Assembly (NCBI GenBank): GCA_035380685.1
Contig: DAOSXX010000006.1
Location: 9,961-73,960 of the forward strand
From: Methanothrix sp.
GTDB lineage: Archaea; Halobacteriota; Methanosarcinia; Methanotrichales; Methanotrichaceae
Reading direction: 5' to 3'
DNA length: 64,000 nt
Shown here: in pieces, positions 19,278 to 29,174 of the stretch
Position numbering within the stretch: position 1 is the first letter of the stretch
Layout of the letters: every line of letters begins with the position of its first letter
Made by a program: the position numbers and the translations under genes
The notes under the pieces: generated by a model
Databases searched by the model: none
Seen by the model: the letters and a program-made list of their open reading frames with translations, nothing else
What the model was told of the DNA's origin: nothing

Positions 19278-19559
19278 ATGCCCGCGAAACCCGCCAAAAA
19301 AGATCCTCTGCCGGGCCCGGAGATCGCCCCCGAGATGAGAGACTATATCAAAAACAGCTTCTCTGAGCTTCGGATCTGCACCACCTGCGAGGGGCCGATC
19401 CTCCTGCCGCTGAGGCTAAGCCCCCCAAAGCCGATGGACGTCAAGGTCGATGTCGAAGGCAGAACCCTCTACATCTCCGCGGTCCAGGCTCCGCGGATAA
19501 AGACCATCGACGGCCGGATGCTGCCCAAATGCGTCCTCCAGAAGAGAAAAAAGTGCTGA
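19278..19559 (+). CDS. Hypothetical protein (93 aa)
   Basis: ORF divergent from rnp4, with coding-like composition. It contains a CTTCEG motif and a C-terminal KC. No family recognised. Confidence 0.5.
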   Translation: MPAKPAKKDPLPGPEIAPEMRDYIKNSFSELRICTTCEGPILLPLRLSPPKPMDVKVDVEGRTLYISAVQAPRIKTIDGRMLPKCVLQKRKKC

Positions 19560-19586
19560 TCGAAGGCAGTGGGTATAGGGAGCAGG

Positions 19587-20120
19587 TCACCGGGACAAAA
19601 GCCAGCTCTTCAGGGCGCGGATCGAGGCCCCCCGGTGAGATATCTCGTTCTTCTCCGCGAGGTCCATCTCGGCGATCGTCTTCCCGCCCACCTCGAAGAT
19701 GGGATCGTACCCGAAACCCCCCGTCCCCCGGGGCTCGATGGCGATCGCCCCTTCAAGCTCTCCATGAAAGAGGATCGGCTCCATCCCCGGCTCCACGTAT
19801 CCGAGAACCGACCGAAAGACGGCCCTCCGGTCAGTGACGCCATCCATGAGACTGAGGATCCCTTCGTTTCCGATGGTATCGAAGACATAGGCAGAGTATA
19901 CCCCTGGAAAACCCTTCAAGCTCTCGATGAAGAGGCCCGCATCCTCGATCATCACGGGACCGTCCAGCTTCTCAGAAACCTCCCTCATGCCGAAGGCTGC
20001 CACTTCATCGAGGTCGTCGGCCTGGATCTCGGTGTACCCGATGTTCCTCTGCTCGACCTCCCCGAGGATTCCCCTGGCCTCCTCGAACTTGCCCCTGTTT
20101 CCGGTGACGAAGTAAATCAC
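19587..20120 (-). CDS. Non-canonical purine NTP pyrophosphatase (HAM1/RdgB, ITPase family)
   Basis: 177 aa: MIYFVTGNRGKFEEA....EIQ.....VA........L.GPVMIEDAGLFI..L.GFPG.YSA...GGFGYDPIF......T.AEM....KN.ISHR. Confidence 0.92.
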   Translation of the reverse strand: MIYFVTGNRGKFEEARGILGEVEQRNIGYTEIQADDLDEVAAFGMREVSEKLDGPVMIEDAGLFIESLKGFPGVYSAYVFDTIGNEGILSLMDGVTDRRAVFRSVLGYVEPGMEPILFHGELEGAIAIEPRGTGGFGYDPIFEVGGKTIAEMDLAEKNEISHRGASIRALKSWLLSR

Positions 20121-20247
20121 GATAAACGCCTCTATCGCAGACTTTGGAGGGACCGTATTAATGAGCTTTCGCCCGGATGATGAGAACGAAGAGAGGGGGG
20201 TGAGGAAGAGATCCGAAAGTCAGGCCAGAACTGGCCCGGAGTCTGAA

Positions 20248-21261
20248 TCAAAAGAGGTTTGGACCTGGGCCGGAGCCGATATCGCGGCTCAAGCTGAACG
20301 AGTCGGAGTTGCAGATGGTATCGGTCGTATCCATCCAGCTGACGGTGGCCGTGGTAACCTGAACGGGAGACCGGCGCCCTGGGACCAGCTCAACCTCCGC
20401 CAGAATTCTCCTCGCCTCCCCCGGGATAAGGTCGCCGAGGCCGATAAAGCCGCTCCACGCCTCTTCAGCGGCTCCGCCGTCGTCACTGTATCTGACGCCG
20501 CCCAAAAGCTCGACCGGGGGGAGGATGTCTCTGAACCATACCTCGCGGGCGTCGCTGGGCCCGTTGTTTGTTATTTCGACGACGTAGGAATATCGACCCT
20601 CGAGCCCCTCCGGCTCGTCTTGGCGCTTCACGACCACGGCCACGTGGGCGTCGGTCTTTATCACGACCACCGAGGCGGCCTCGTTGTCGTCGGGGTTCTC
20701 GTCGATCTCGTCTCCCGTCACCTTCGCCGAGCTTGAGATCACGGTCCCCGACGGCACCGAGGAGCCGACTTCCAGCCCGAAGGTCAGAGTCTCGACGCCG
20801 CCCACGGGCAGCCGTTCCAACGTCCAGAAGCCAGTCTCTGCGTCGTAATTTCCTCGGGTGGGAATGGCGGATACCAGGGTCACGCCCTCGGGCATAGTCA
20901 GCCTCCCGACCACTAGAACCCCGGTGGCGTCGTCGGGCCCGCGGTTTCTGACTGTAACGACGAAAGTCGACGCCTCGCCCGCGATGACCGGATCCGGAGA
21001 TCCTTCTGACGCCACCGAGAGGTCTGCCGACGGCAGAGAGACGCCTTCGCTCGCCACAGCACACCCGATAGCGAAGAACAGAACGATAAACGCTGCCATG
21101 AGAACGAAAACGGACACAAGCCCGGATCCGGGCCCCCGACGACTCCGACCTATCTGAGATCGCTGCCCCGACCAGCATTCACACCTTCGACCGCCTTCCG
21201 AAAGGCCGAGATAGATATCTCGAGTCCACCTCCAAGACGCTGACCTCCACGATAAAACCAT
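20248..21261 (-). CDS. Secreted DUF11 (conserved repeat domain) protein
   Basis: Two DUF11-type repeats (VTVRNRGPDDATGVLVVGRL..P.GVTLVSAIPTRGNYDAETGFWTLERLPVGGVETLTF; YVVEITNNGPSDAREVWFRDILP..). The hydrophobic leader begins around the ATG at 21099 (MAAFIVLFFAIGCAVA), so the true start may be downstream of the longest-ORF start. Confidence 0.8.
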   Translation of the reverse strand: MVLSWRSASWRWTRDIYLGLSEGGRRCECWSGQRSQIGRSRRGPGSGLVSVFVLMAAFIVLFFAIGCAVASEGVSLPSADLSVASEGSPDPVIAGEASTFVVTVRNRGPDDATGVLVVGRLTMPEGVTLVSAIPTRGNYDAETGFWTLERLPVGGVETLTFGLEVGSSVPSGTVISSSAKVTGDEIDENPDDNEAASVVVIKTDAHVAVVVKRQDEPEGLEGRYSYVVEITNNGPSDAREVWFRDILPPVELLGGVRYSDDGGAAEEAWSGFIGLGDLIPGEARRILAEVELVPGRRSPVQVTTATVSWMDTTDTICNSDSFSLSRDIGSGPGPNLF

Positions 21262-21720
21262 CCTTACCCACCTCTTAAATGAAATGACCTTAGTCTACCA
21301 GAGTTTCTTGGGCAACATTGCCTGATCCAAGCAACCTTGCTGTTGCAATACGTATATAAATCTATCTAATCTTGCCGCGAAGAAAACAAGGACATGATCG
21401 ATCTTTTTTGTCAAATCCAACCTGGAAATGTTCCGAAAGATCAGATACATCTCACTTAATTAATCAACAAATATCTCGGAGAGATCCACATTCTTCGATC
21501 TTATACCCGTTTCTGCAGAACTTCTCTGATGAAAAAAAGATCTGGATATCGTCTCCTTACGGACGAAATATCTTCAGAATTGGAAGACGAAATTGACCAG
21601 AGGGCCTTCTTTCTCATCCGCGGAGCCCGGCTCTCCCCGGAGGCATATTTTTTGGAGGGCAACGTTTTTCATCCCCCGACATCACACCTTGCCAAGAAGA
21701 AGGCAGGAGCTGATACGGTC

Positions 21721-22965
21721 ATGCTGGAACTGGGGGACAGAATTGCGGTCACAAAGGACGGCGTTCGGCGCGAGGGCGTTCTGATGCCCTCGGTGAGCGG
21801 CAGAGTGGTCATAAAGATGGACAGCGGCTACAACGCCGGGTTCGACAGGGAACGCTCCACGGTTGAGCTGGTGGCTAAGGGAAAGGCTCTGAAGATCCCG
21901 CCTCCTCCTCCTCTGAAAAGCCGGGAGGGGCTCCCGAAGGTCTCGATCCTCTCCACCGGTGGGACGATCGCGAGCAAGGTGGACTACAGGACGGGAGCCG
22001 TGACGAGCCAGTTCTCCGCCGAGGACATCATATCCTCGATCCCTGAGCTCCTCGATATCGCCAACTACGAGGGTAAGGTGATCTACAACATCCTCAGCGA
22101 GAACATGAAGGCAGAGTACTGGCAGGAGCTGGCGAGGGCCGTCGGCTCCGAGATCAGGAAGGGAGCCGACGGCGTCATCGTCACTCACGGGACCGACACC
22201 ATGACCTACACCGCCGCCGCCCTATCTTTCATGGTCAAAACCCCCGTCCCCATCGTCGTCGTCGGCTCCCAGAGAAGCTCCGACCGGCCCAGCAGCGACG
22301 CCGCCATGAACGCCATCTCTGCGGCTGCCGTTGCGACGAGCGATATCGCGGAGGTGACCGTGGTGATGCACGGGACCACCAGCGACGACTTCTGTCTCGT
22401 TCACAGGGGGACGAGGGTCCGAAAGCTGCACACCTCTCGAAGGGACGCCTTCCGAAGCATAAACCAGCACCCCATCGCAAAGGTAGACTATCCATCAAGG
22501 GAGATCGAGGTTCTGGGGGAACACCGGAGAAGGGAGGAGGTCGACCTGGAGGTGAATGACAAGCTGGAACCGAGATGCGCCCTGGTCAAGTACTTCCCCG
22601 GAGCCAAACCCGACATCTTGGAGCACTACATAAACTCCGGGTACAGGGGGATCGTCCTGGAGGGGACGGGCTTAGGTCACGTCGCCTCCGACTGGGTCGA
22701 GATGATAAAATCCGCCACCGGCGCTGGGGTTCCCGTGGTGATAACCTCCCAGTGCATCCGGGGCAGGATCTGCGATCGGGTCTACGATACGGGAAGGGAT
22801 ATGCTGGCTGCTGGCGGGATCGAGGGCGGAGACGCCCTTCCAGAGGTATCTCTTGTGAAGCTGATGTGGGCCCTCGCCAACACCTCCTCCGTCGAGGAGG
22901 CAAAATCCCTGATGAAGGTTTCTCTGGCGGGAGAGATATCGTCCTCTACCCCGACGACGGTGTGA
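21721..22965 (+). CDS. gatD: Glutamyl-tRNA(Gln) amidotransferase subunit D
   Basis: Asparaginase-type core ([22 protein letters not shown] ... VTHGTDTM ... [11 protein letters not shown]). The ATG at 21721 has GGAG about 10 nt upstream and gives a typical length of about 414 aa. The longest ORF starts at 21529 in low-GC sequence that looks non-coding. Confidence 0.9.
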   Translation: MLELGDRIAVTKDGVRREGVLMPSVSGRVVIKMDSGYNAGFDRERSTVELVAKGKALKIPPPPPLKSREGLPKVSILSTGGTIASKVDYRTGAVTSQFSAEDIISSIPELLDIANYEGKVIYNILSENMKAEYWQELARAVGSEIRKGADGVIVTHGTDTMTYTAAALSFMVKTPVPIVVVGSQRSSDRPSSDAAMNAISAAAVATSDIAEVTVVMHGTTSDDFCLVHRGTRVRKLHTSRRDAFRSINQHPIAKVDYPSREIEVLGEHRRREEVDLEVNDKLEPRCALVKYFPGAKPDILEHYINSGYRGIVLEGTGLGHVASDWVEMIKSATGAGVPVVITSQCIRGRICDRVYDTGRDMLAAGGIEGGDALPEVSLVKLMWALANTSSVEEAKSLMKVSLAGEISSSTPTTV

Positions 22966-23100
22966 AAGTGGTGGTATGGAGGTCGGACCCCCGGTTTCAC
23001 AGAGGCCCCCCATCAGCGGGCCCATCGCCCTTCCCCCCAACGCTTATAAACCTGATAGATATATTAGGCTGGCTCAAGATTACTTTGGAGGAATTCAGTT

Positions 23101-23616
23101 TTGGCACGTAAACCAGCAAGCATGTACCGAAGACTGGAGCGCCCCTACACCCGAAGGAAGTACATGGGGGGCGTTCCGGGAAGCAAGGTCGTCCACTACG
23201 ATATGGGCAACCTCAACACAGAATTTCCCGTTACTCTGACCTTGGTGGTCAAGGAGCCCTGCCAGATCAGGCACACCGCTCTGGAGGCAGGGAGGATCAC
23301 CGCCAACCGTTACCTCATGACCTATGTGGGCAGGCTCAACTTCCATCTCAAGCTGAGGGTCTACCCCCACCAGGTGCTCAGGGAGAACAAGCAGGCCACC
23401 GGTGCGGGGGCAGACCGTGTCTCCAGCGGGATGCGGCACGCCTTCGGAAAGGCCGTCGGCACCGCCGCGCGGGTGGACGCAGACCAGAAGATATTCTCCG
23501 TCAGCACCACGCCCCAGTACGTCTCTCAGGCCAAGATGGCGCTGAGGAGAGCGGGACACAAGCTTCCGACGCCCGTCTACATCGTGGTCGACAAGGGCGC
23601 GGAACTTATAAAATAA
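23101..23616 (+). CDS. rpl10e: 50S ribosomal protein L10e (uL16)
   Basis: M(TTG)[36 protein letters not shown]... GGAGG lies 9 nt upstream of the TTG. Confidence 0.95.
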   Translation: MARKPASMYRRLERPYTRRKYMGGVPGSKVVHYDMGNLNTEFPVTLTLVVKEPCQIRHTALEAGRITANRYLMTYVGRLNFHLKLRVYPHQVLRENKQATGAGADRVSSGMRHAFGKAVGTAARVDADQKIFSVSTTPQYVSQAKMALRRAGHKLPTPVYIVVDKGAELIK

Positions 23617-23637
23617 TCGAGGTCAATCGGTGTTTTG

Positions 23638-24264
23638 ATGGAAGACTACATGAAAGGGCTCGATCGGGCCATGAGCAGGCTGCCCGCCTCCAGGGGGACC
23701 GAGGACAGGTTCGTGATACCCCCGCCCAAGATATTCTACGAGGGGAAGGCCACAGTCCTTGAGAACTTCGCCAGCATCGCCGACGCCCTGAACCGGGATC
23801 CTGACCACCTGATGAAGTTCATCCTCCAGGAGATGGGGACCGCTGGCAAGATCGAGGGTCAGCACGCCGTCTTCCAGGGAAGGTTCACTGAGCAGAGCCT
23901 CGAGCGTCACATCGACTCATACGTCCAGGAGTACGTCATATGTTCCGAGTGCCATCGGCCCGACACCCAGCTCATAAGGAGCGACCGGGTCCTGATGCTG
24001 AAGTGCGAGGCCTGCGGGGCTCATCGGCCCGTCCGAAAGAGGAAGACGAAGACGGTCGTCCCCAAGGACGTCATCGAAGAGGGCGAGACCTACGAGCTTC
24101 GGATCGACTCGGTGGGCAGAAAGGGCGACGGGATCGCTCGGGTCGACAAGTTCATGATCTTCGTTCCGGGGACCGCGAAGGGTGACATCGTCCGGGCCAA
24201 GATCAAGAAGATCAGCGGAACCCTAGCCTTCTCAGAGGTCGTGGAGAGGAAGAGCTCGTCCTGA
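23638..24264 (+). CDS. eif2b: Translation initiation factor 2 subunit beta with a C-terminal TRAM domain
   Basis: aIF2-beta core with zinc ribbon CSECHRPDT...[10 protein letters not shown] linker is followed by a TRAM-like tail [54 protein letters not shown]. Confidence 0.9.
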   Translation: MEDYMKGLDRAMSRLPASRGTEDRFVIPPPKIFYEGKATVLENFASIADALNRDPDHLMKFILQEMGTAGKIEGQHAVFQGRFTEQSLERHIDSYVQEYVICSECHRPDTQLIRSDRVLMLKCEACGAHRPVRKRKTKTVVPKDVIEEGETYELRIDSVGRKGDGIARVDKFMIFVPGTAKGDIVRAKIKKISGTLAFSEVVERKSSS

Positions 24265-24280
24265 TGGGAGCTGATCGGTC

Positions 24281-24514
24281 ATGGAACCTCATATAGGCCT
24301 TGAGTTCACCGACCGCCACCTCTACCTGCTGGAGTTCTCCCCCGCGGACTTCTGGATGCCCTTCGCCGAGAGCTACAACTCCCTACCCTGGGAGGAGAGG
24401 AGCGACGAAAGGCTCGCCATCATCGCCGAGAACTATTCTTATCTTCTCGACCTGCTGGTACATGCGAGGCTGTACTACCTGAGCAGAAAGCCTTACGAGG
24501 AGCGGTTCAGGTAG
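24281..24514 (+). CDS. Hypothetical protein (77 aa)
   Basis: ORF lies tightly between eif2b and cofE on the same strand. No family recognised. Confidence 0.45.
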   Translation: MEPHIGLEFTDRHLYLLEFSPADFWMPFAESYNSLPWEERSDERLAIIAENYSYLLDLLVHARLYYLSRKPYEERFR

Positions 24515-24543
24515 AACTCTGAGCCGCTCCGGAGCCGATTTCG

Positions 24544-25275
24544 ATGGACTCGGTCAGTTGCCATCTGGTGAGGGGCCTGCCCTCCATCAAAGAGGGGGAC
24601 GACCTGGCGGCGATGATCGAGGACAGATTTCCGGTTCGGGACGGGGACGTCGTCTGCATCGCCTCCACCGTCGTCTCCAAGGCGGAGGGGAGGGCGAGAA
24701 GGCTCGAGGAGTACTCGCCCTCGGCTCGGGCCGAAGAGATCGCGGAAAGGCTCGACAAAGATCCACGGTTCGTCCAGGCGGTCCTGGAAGAGTCCGAGGA
24801 CGTTCTTCTCGATCAGCCCTTCCTCCTGGTGGCAATGAGGTTCGGCCACATTGGGGTCAACGCCGGGATAGATCGATCCAACGTCGGAGGGGGCCGAATC
24901 CTCCTTCTTCCTGAAGACCCCACGGCCAGCGCCGACCGGATCAGGAGGGGGCTACAAAAGGACTGCGCCGTCATCGTATCCGACACCTGCGGGAGGGCCT
25001 TTCGCTGCGGCGTCGCGGGGGTTGCCATCGGCTGGTCGGGGATCGGAGCGCTTCGGGACTGGCGGGGAGAGAGAGACCGAGAGGGGAGGGAGCTTGAGAT
25101 CACCCTGGAGGCGATCGTCGACGAGATCGCGAGCATGGCTAACCTCCTGATGGGGGAGGGTGGGGACGGGACCCCCGTCGTCGTCGTGCGGGGGCTTGAG
25201 TTCCCGAGATCCGGGGGCAGGATCTTTAGGCCGAGGGAGCTGGACGTGATCAGGGACCGTCTCCAGGAGAAATAA
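24544..25275 (+). CDS. cofE: Coenzyme F420-0:L-glutamate ligase
   Basis: 243 aa: ..GLPSIKEGDDLAAMI......DGDVVCIASTVVSKAEGR...... GVNAGID.SN........LLPEDP..SA..I...L....AVI+SDT.GR.FR.G..GVAIG. Adjacent to cofC. Confidence 0.9.
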   Translation: MDSVSCHLVRGLPSIKEGDDLAAMIEDRFPVRDGDVVCIASTVVSKAEGRARRLEEYSPSARAEEIAERLDKDPRFVQAVLEESEDVLLDQPFLLVAMRFGHIGVNAGIDRSNVGGGRILLLPEDPTASADRIRRGLQKDCAVIVSDTCGRAFRCGVAGVAIGWSGIGALRDWRGERDREGRELEITLEAIVDEIASMANLLMGEGGDGTPVVVVRGLEFPRSGGRIFRPRELDVIRDRLQEK

Positions 25276-25299
25276 TAGCAACGATCTTGGCGACCAGCT

Positions 25300-25968
25300 A
25301 TGCGGCCGATAAAAGTTGTCATACCCTTCAAGCTCGACTGCGCCAAGAGCAGGCTATCATCCGTTTTATCATCCGAGGAGAGGAGAGGTCTCGCCCTGGC
25401 GATGCTGGAGGACGTGATCGACGCCGTCTCGGGGCTCGGCGAAGTCGCGATTTTGATGAAAGATCCGATCCCAGATGGCAACCCCTTCGACAGCCTCCGA
25501 TCCAGGCCGGGTTTTGACGTCCTTGAATGTCCTCAAGAGCTGGACACAGCCCTCAACTCCATGATCGAGGCCGAGGAGAAGAAGGGCTGGCCTTCGGACA
25601 TCTTGATCGCCATGGCTGACCTTCCCCTGATGAGGCCTTCCGACCTGGAAGATCTGGTCAGAACCCCTGGAGACGTGGTGATCGTCCCGGGGAGGGGCGG
25701 AGGGACGAACCTGATTCTCGTCAGAGACCCGAAGTTCCGGGTCAGCTACTACGGCTTGAGCTTCTTAAAGCACCTCCAGACGGCAGTGGACCTGGGCCTC
25801 TCTGCCGGGGTCTTCGAGTCCTTCCGGTGCTCATCCGACATAGACGAGCCCTCAGACCTGGTGGAGGCGCTGATCCACTGTCGGGGCAGGACGCCAGAGC
25901 TGTTGAAGAAGCTCGGCTTTGAGCTATCGGGCAAAAGGGAGAAGGCGAGGGCGGGATGCCTTCGATGA
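25300..25968 (+). CDS. cofC: 2-phospho-L-lactate guanylyltransferase
   Basis: 222 aa: MRPIKVVIPFKLDCAKSRLSSVLSSEERRGLALAMLEDVIDAV.. ..DLPLMRPSDLE... A MobA-like nucleotidyltransferase directly downstream of cofE. Confidence 0.85.
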   Translation: MRPIKVVIPFKLDCAKSRLSSVLSSEERRGLALAMLEDVIDAVSGLGEVAILMKDPIPDGNPFDSLRSRPGFDVLECPQELDTALNSMIEAEEKKGWPSDILIAMADLPLMRPSDLEDLVRTPGDVVIVPGRGGGTNLILVRDPKFRVSYYGLSFLKHLQTAVDLGLSAGVFESFRCSSDIDEPSDLVEALIHCRGRTPELLKKLGFELSGKREKARAGCLR

Positions 25969-25999
25969 GAAGGGACGAACCGTACGTAACCGTCGAGGT

Positions 26000-26230
26000 T
26001 TAACCTGAGATGTACTGGCAGAAGCCGTAGCTTATGGGCCCCGTTTTCGTCGTCTCGCAGGGGAATTCAGGACACTCGAAGCAGTGTTTCACGTTTTTAT
26101 TGAAGGCGCAGGTCGTTATTTTGCAGAACTCGTTCTCTCTGGGAACGCATCCCGCATCTCCGTTGGGACAAACGCCTTTGACCCTTCGAGGACAAATTTC
26201 ACAAGGTACGCCGCAGACTCCGATCTTCAT
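26000..26230 (-). CDS. Cys-rich DUF3795-like small protein
   Basis: 76 aa: MKIGVCGVPCEICPRRVKGVCPNGDAGC....CKITTCAFNKNVKHCFECPEFPCE. Confidence 0.75.
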   Translation of the reverse strand: MKIGVCGVPCEICPRRVKGVCPNGDAGCVPRENEFCKITTCAFNKNVKHCFECPEFPCETTKTGPISYGFCQYISG

Positions 26231-26257
26231 TCGTCATCACCACATATCCGACAAACG

Positions 26258-26761
26258 CTAGTAGACCGTGACCCTCCTCACGCCGTTTATGTCCATGAGG
26301 AGCCGGACCAGATCCCCTGGGATCTTAGCCTCGGTGATGATGGTGAGCTTCGGCTGCTCCACGAAGAAGGGGTCGTCGGAGACCGCCTGCCTTATGGAGA
26401 GGCCGTACTCGGCGACGGCGCTCGCCACCTCGCCCAAAAGGCCGGTCTGGGCCGCGTTGACGGGGGTTATCTCGATGACGCCGAGGCCGACGACGGGAGC
26501 CACCTCCGCGAGGAAGGTCATGGACCTGACGTTCTTGAATATCTTCCAGAGATCTTCGTCCTCGACGATCGCCGCGGCGGTGGTGTCCACCACCCTTCTG
26601 TCAACATCCAGCTCCTTTGCGATCTGGGCGTGGGGTATCTCGATCCCTCCCGAGGCGACCCTCCCCCGCTCGCTCACCTGAAAGCCCCTCTCCAGGATCA
26701 GCCTTACGACCTTCTCCTGGGCCGGATAACGCTTGAACTTAGCCAGAATCTCCCGCCACAT
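26258..26761 (-). CDS. ACT-domain protein (COG2150-type predicted regulator of amino-acid metabolism)
   Basis: 167 aa: an N-terminal wHTH-like part (..YPAQEKVVRLILERGFQV..) followed by an ACT-like part (IEITPVNAAQTGLLGEVASAVAEYGLSIRQAV). Confidence 0.7.
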   Translation of the reverse strand: MWREILAKFKRYPAQEKVVRLILERGFQVSERGRVASGGIEIPHAQIAKELDVDRRVVDTTAAAIVEDEDLWKIFKNVRSMTFLAEVAPVVGLGVIEITPVNAAQTGLLGEVASAVAEYGLSIRQAVSDDPFFVEQPKLTIITEAKIPGDLVRLLMDINGVRRVTVY

Positions 26762-26923
26762 AACATCGCCATTTCCAACCCTATTGGACTAATTTGTACA
26801 AAAGCCCTTTCCTCTGAACTTCGGCAAAAGGCCGGTGGGGGTTTCGTGGACGCGGTTGATGGATGAAGGAGGTGATGAGGGCTGAAAACGGGCTCAAAAG
26901 AAGGGCCTGAAGGGCTTCTGCCC

Positions 26924-28036
26924 TCAGGAGAACATCTCTCTTGGCGGCTCTCTCGTCTCCTTCTTCGCCTTTGCCACCGCCTCTTCCAGGTGCCTCTGCT
27001 CAATTGACGCCTCGTCGATGATGGCGCCATGAAGGGCCACCTTCAGGACCTTCTCCACCAGGTCCCGGCCTGAGAACCCCTCGGTGAGCCTCGCGAGGGC
27101 TGCGAGGTTCAGATGTCCCACCTCCGCCGGAAGGGTCGAAACGTTCTTTTCGAGGATAGAAAGCCTCTCCTCGGCGTTCGGGAGACCGAACCTTATCTCC
27201 TCCTCGAACCTGCTCCGGATGGACTCGTCGAGGAACTCTATTTTGTTGGTGGCGGCGATGGTGCAGACCCCCTTCCTCGAGTGGATCCCGTCCATCTCCG
27301 TGAGAAGGGCGTTCACCACCTCCGAGACGTCGCCCCGGAGGTCCTGGTACCTCCTGTCCAGGGCTATGGCGTCCAGCTCGTCGATGAAGATTATGCAGGG
27401 GGCCATCTCTTCTGCCCTCTTGTAAAGTCCGTGGATCTGTCTCGATCCCTCTCCCACAAACTCGCCGATGAGGGTGGTCGCCTTTATCGGGATCATGGGG
27501 ACCTTCGTCTCGCCGGAGAGGGCCTTCGCCATCATCGTCTTGCCCGTGCCGGAAGGGCCGTAGAAGAGTATGTTCCTCGGAGCCCACCTGCCGAAACGCT
27601 CCGGCTCGGAGAGGAACTTCTCGACGATCTTCATCTTACGTCTCGCCTCAGTCTGGCCGACAACGTCCTCGAAGCTGACCTCACTTTTGATCCTGGTAGC
27701 CTCGGCCTTCTTCCTCTCCACCACGATCTTCGTATCCGACCCCACCACTGAGACGCGAGGATCGGCCCTGATCACCTTGAAGGCGAAATCGGGATAGAGC
27801 CTCCGATCGAAGAGGAAACACCCCGGCCTCACCAGCTCGCCGTACCACTGTTCGCGGGCGTAACGTTCGAAGAGACGGGGGTCGGCTACCTCGGGATAAT
27901 CCTGAAAAATGCTCTTGAGAGGATATCCCGCCGGCCTCAACAGGATGTATCTCGCCCCCGACGTCCTGCTTCGTTCCAGCTTGCCGCCAAGCTCCTTAGT
28001 TCCGGTCTTCTGGATCGATCGCACATCTTTCATCAC
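26924..28036 (-). CDS. AAA-family ATPase (single AAA+ module, CDC48/FtsH-type)
   Basis: Walker A ILFYGPSGTGKT. Walker B CIIFIDELD. Second region of homology ATN....LDESIRSRF. Confidence 0.9.
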   Translation of the reverse strand: MMKDVRSIQKTGTKELGGKLERSRTSGARYILLRPAGYPLKSIFQDYPEVADPRLFERYAREQWYGELVRPGCFLFDRRLYPDFAFKVIRADPRVSVVGSDTKIVVERKKAEATRIKSEVSFEDVVGQTEARRKMKIVEKFLSEPERFGRWAPRNILFYGPSGTGKTMMAKALSGETKVPMIPIKATTLIGEFVGEGSRQIHGLYKRAEEMAPCIIFIDELDAIALDRRYQDLRGDVSEVVNALLTEMDGIHSRKGVCTIAATNKIEFLDESIRSRFEEEIRFGLPNAEERLSILEKNVSTLPAEVGHLNLAALARLTEGFSGRDLVEKVLKVALHGAIIDEASIEQRHLEEAVAKAKKETREPPREMFS

Positions 28037-28164
28037 GAGGCCGAAGATAGTTAAAGGTATTGGCCTCAGTTCGTGACCCAGGTTCGAGACCTTCCGATAG
28101 TAATTAATACAACCTCACCCTACCTTTCGGCCAACTGGCTGAACATGCTGAGGTGAGGATATTC

Positions 28165-28257
28165 ATGGGAGATAATGGGTTAGCAATCGTACTGATGGTT
28201 GTAGGGTTCCTGGTCACGTTCATGCTGCCGCTGTACGCCTTGGCGGCGATATTCTGA
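28165..28257 (+). CDS. Possible 30-aa hydrophobic micro-protein
   Basis: Hand-translated: MGDNGLAIVLMVVGFLVTFMLPLYALAAIF*. A strong SD (GAGGTGAGG) lies 6 nt upstream, and a TAATTAATA box lies about 55 nt upstream. Confidence 0.35.
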   Translation: MGDNGLAIVLMVVGFLVTFMLPLYALAAIF

Positions 28258-28446
28258 GGGCGGGAACGGCCTAAAGGTCGCGTTAGGACGCCCTCTGACG
28301 CACTCTTTTTTGTAGGAATCGCTCCAAAAGCAGAGCTTTACAGTTAGGTATGGGCCGATTATGAGGAGTTCGTCTCCGATCAATCGATTATATTTTATAT
28401 AAGGGCGGGTTATACCTTTTGCCACTGAAACAACGGCAGGGTCGCG

Positions 28447-29130
28447 ATGAGCTACGCCAGAGCAGAAGTCAAGATATTGTTTTTGGTCTTCGCCTTGGCG
28501 CTCATCACCGAAACTCAGGACTGTGCCGAGGAGAACGACCTATGGCTCCTCATTTCCAGCTACGAAGACATCGGAATGACCGTCCAGGATCTCGCCTTTT
28601 TTCTGGCGACCCACGGCTATGACGCCACCCCCGAGAGGTCCTACGTATCGGTCAAGTTGTCGGGAGGAAACATGGCTTATCTGACTCCCAACGGTGGAAA
28701 TCCCAGGCTAGCTGACCTATGGGCAACGCCGCCGGTCCTTTCAGGACCGGTGATGGTCATCCTCCCCGAAGCCATACAGAAGAACGTCACATACAGCAAG
28801 ACGGACAACAGCGGTTTCATCAAGGATGTGACTCGGAGGGTCGTTTTCCCGGTAACGCCCCTTGGAATGTGTTACGATGGATCGAAGAAGCTTGCTGATA
28901 CCTACGGAAGTTTTGGTTATAGAGTAAAATATATGTATGATCCGAGCGAATGGGACTGGCAGGGACACCTATGGATTCTGGTCGAAGATCCGGAGCAATC
29001 CGACCGCTGGATGGCGGTTGATAGCTATTATGGAGTCATGAGAGACGACGACCAGTATTACTCCGCACCTTACAGCTTCGCCGACTTCGAATACCTGGAC
29101 TCCATAAACCCGAAATGGAGATTGGCATGA
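28447..29130 (+). CDS. Secreted hypothetical protein with a candidate transglutaminase-like Cys-His-Asp core
   Basis: Signal peptide (KILFLVFALALITETQDCA). Ordered motifs: PLGMCYDGSKKLA ... WQGHLWILVE ... WMAVDSYYG. Confidence 0.75.
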   Translation: MSYARAEVKILFLVFALALITETQDCAEENDLWLLISSYEDIGMTVQDLAFFLATHGYDATPERSYVSVKLSGGNMAYLTPNGGNPRLADLWATPPVLSGPVMVILPEAIQKNVTYSKTDNSGFIKDVTRRVVFPVTPLGMCYDGSKKLADTYGSFGYRVKYMYDPSEWDWQGHLWILVEDPEQSDRWMAVDSYYGVMRDDDQYYSAPYSFADFEYLDSINPKWRLA

Positions 29131-29174
29131 CTGGCCCCATCGGATCCAACCCAAAAATCATCGAGAGGTTCAAC

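Noticed and set aside
18601-19338. 245-aa plus-strand ORF spanning the rnp4 locus
   Set aside because: It overlaps the well-supported Rpp21 gene in antisense and crosses an intergenic region, and the peptide is P/R-rich and featureless.
20161-21178. 191-aa plus-strand and 231-aa minus-strand ORFs overlapping the DUF11 gene
   Set aside because: Arg-rich GC-frame artefacts. The DUF11 frame shows genuine repeat motifs.
21529-21720. 64-codon N-terminal extension of gatD in the longest ORF
   Set aside because: The extension lies in low-GC sequence that looks intergenic, has no similarity to GatD N-termini as I recall them, and the internal ATG at 21721 has a GGAG at proper spacing.
26084-26866. 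260-aa plus-strand ORF across the DUF3795 and ACT genes
   Set aside because: It is antisense to two compact genes with recognisable motifs and crosses their intergenic gap.
28060-28100. tRNA-like T-arm string ggttcgagacc
   Set aside because: The flanking sequence cannot form acceptor, D or anticodon stems, so there is no cloverleaf.
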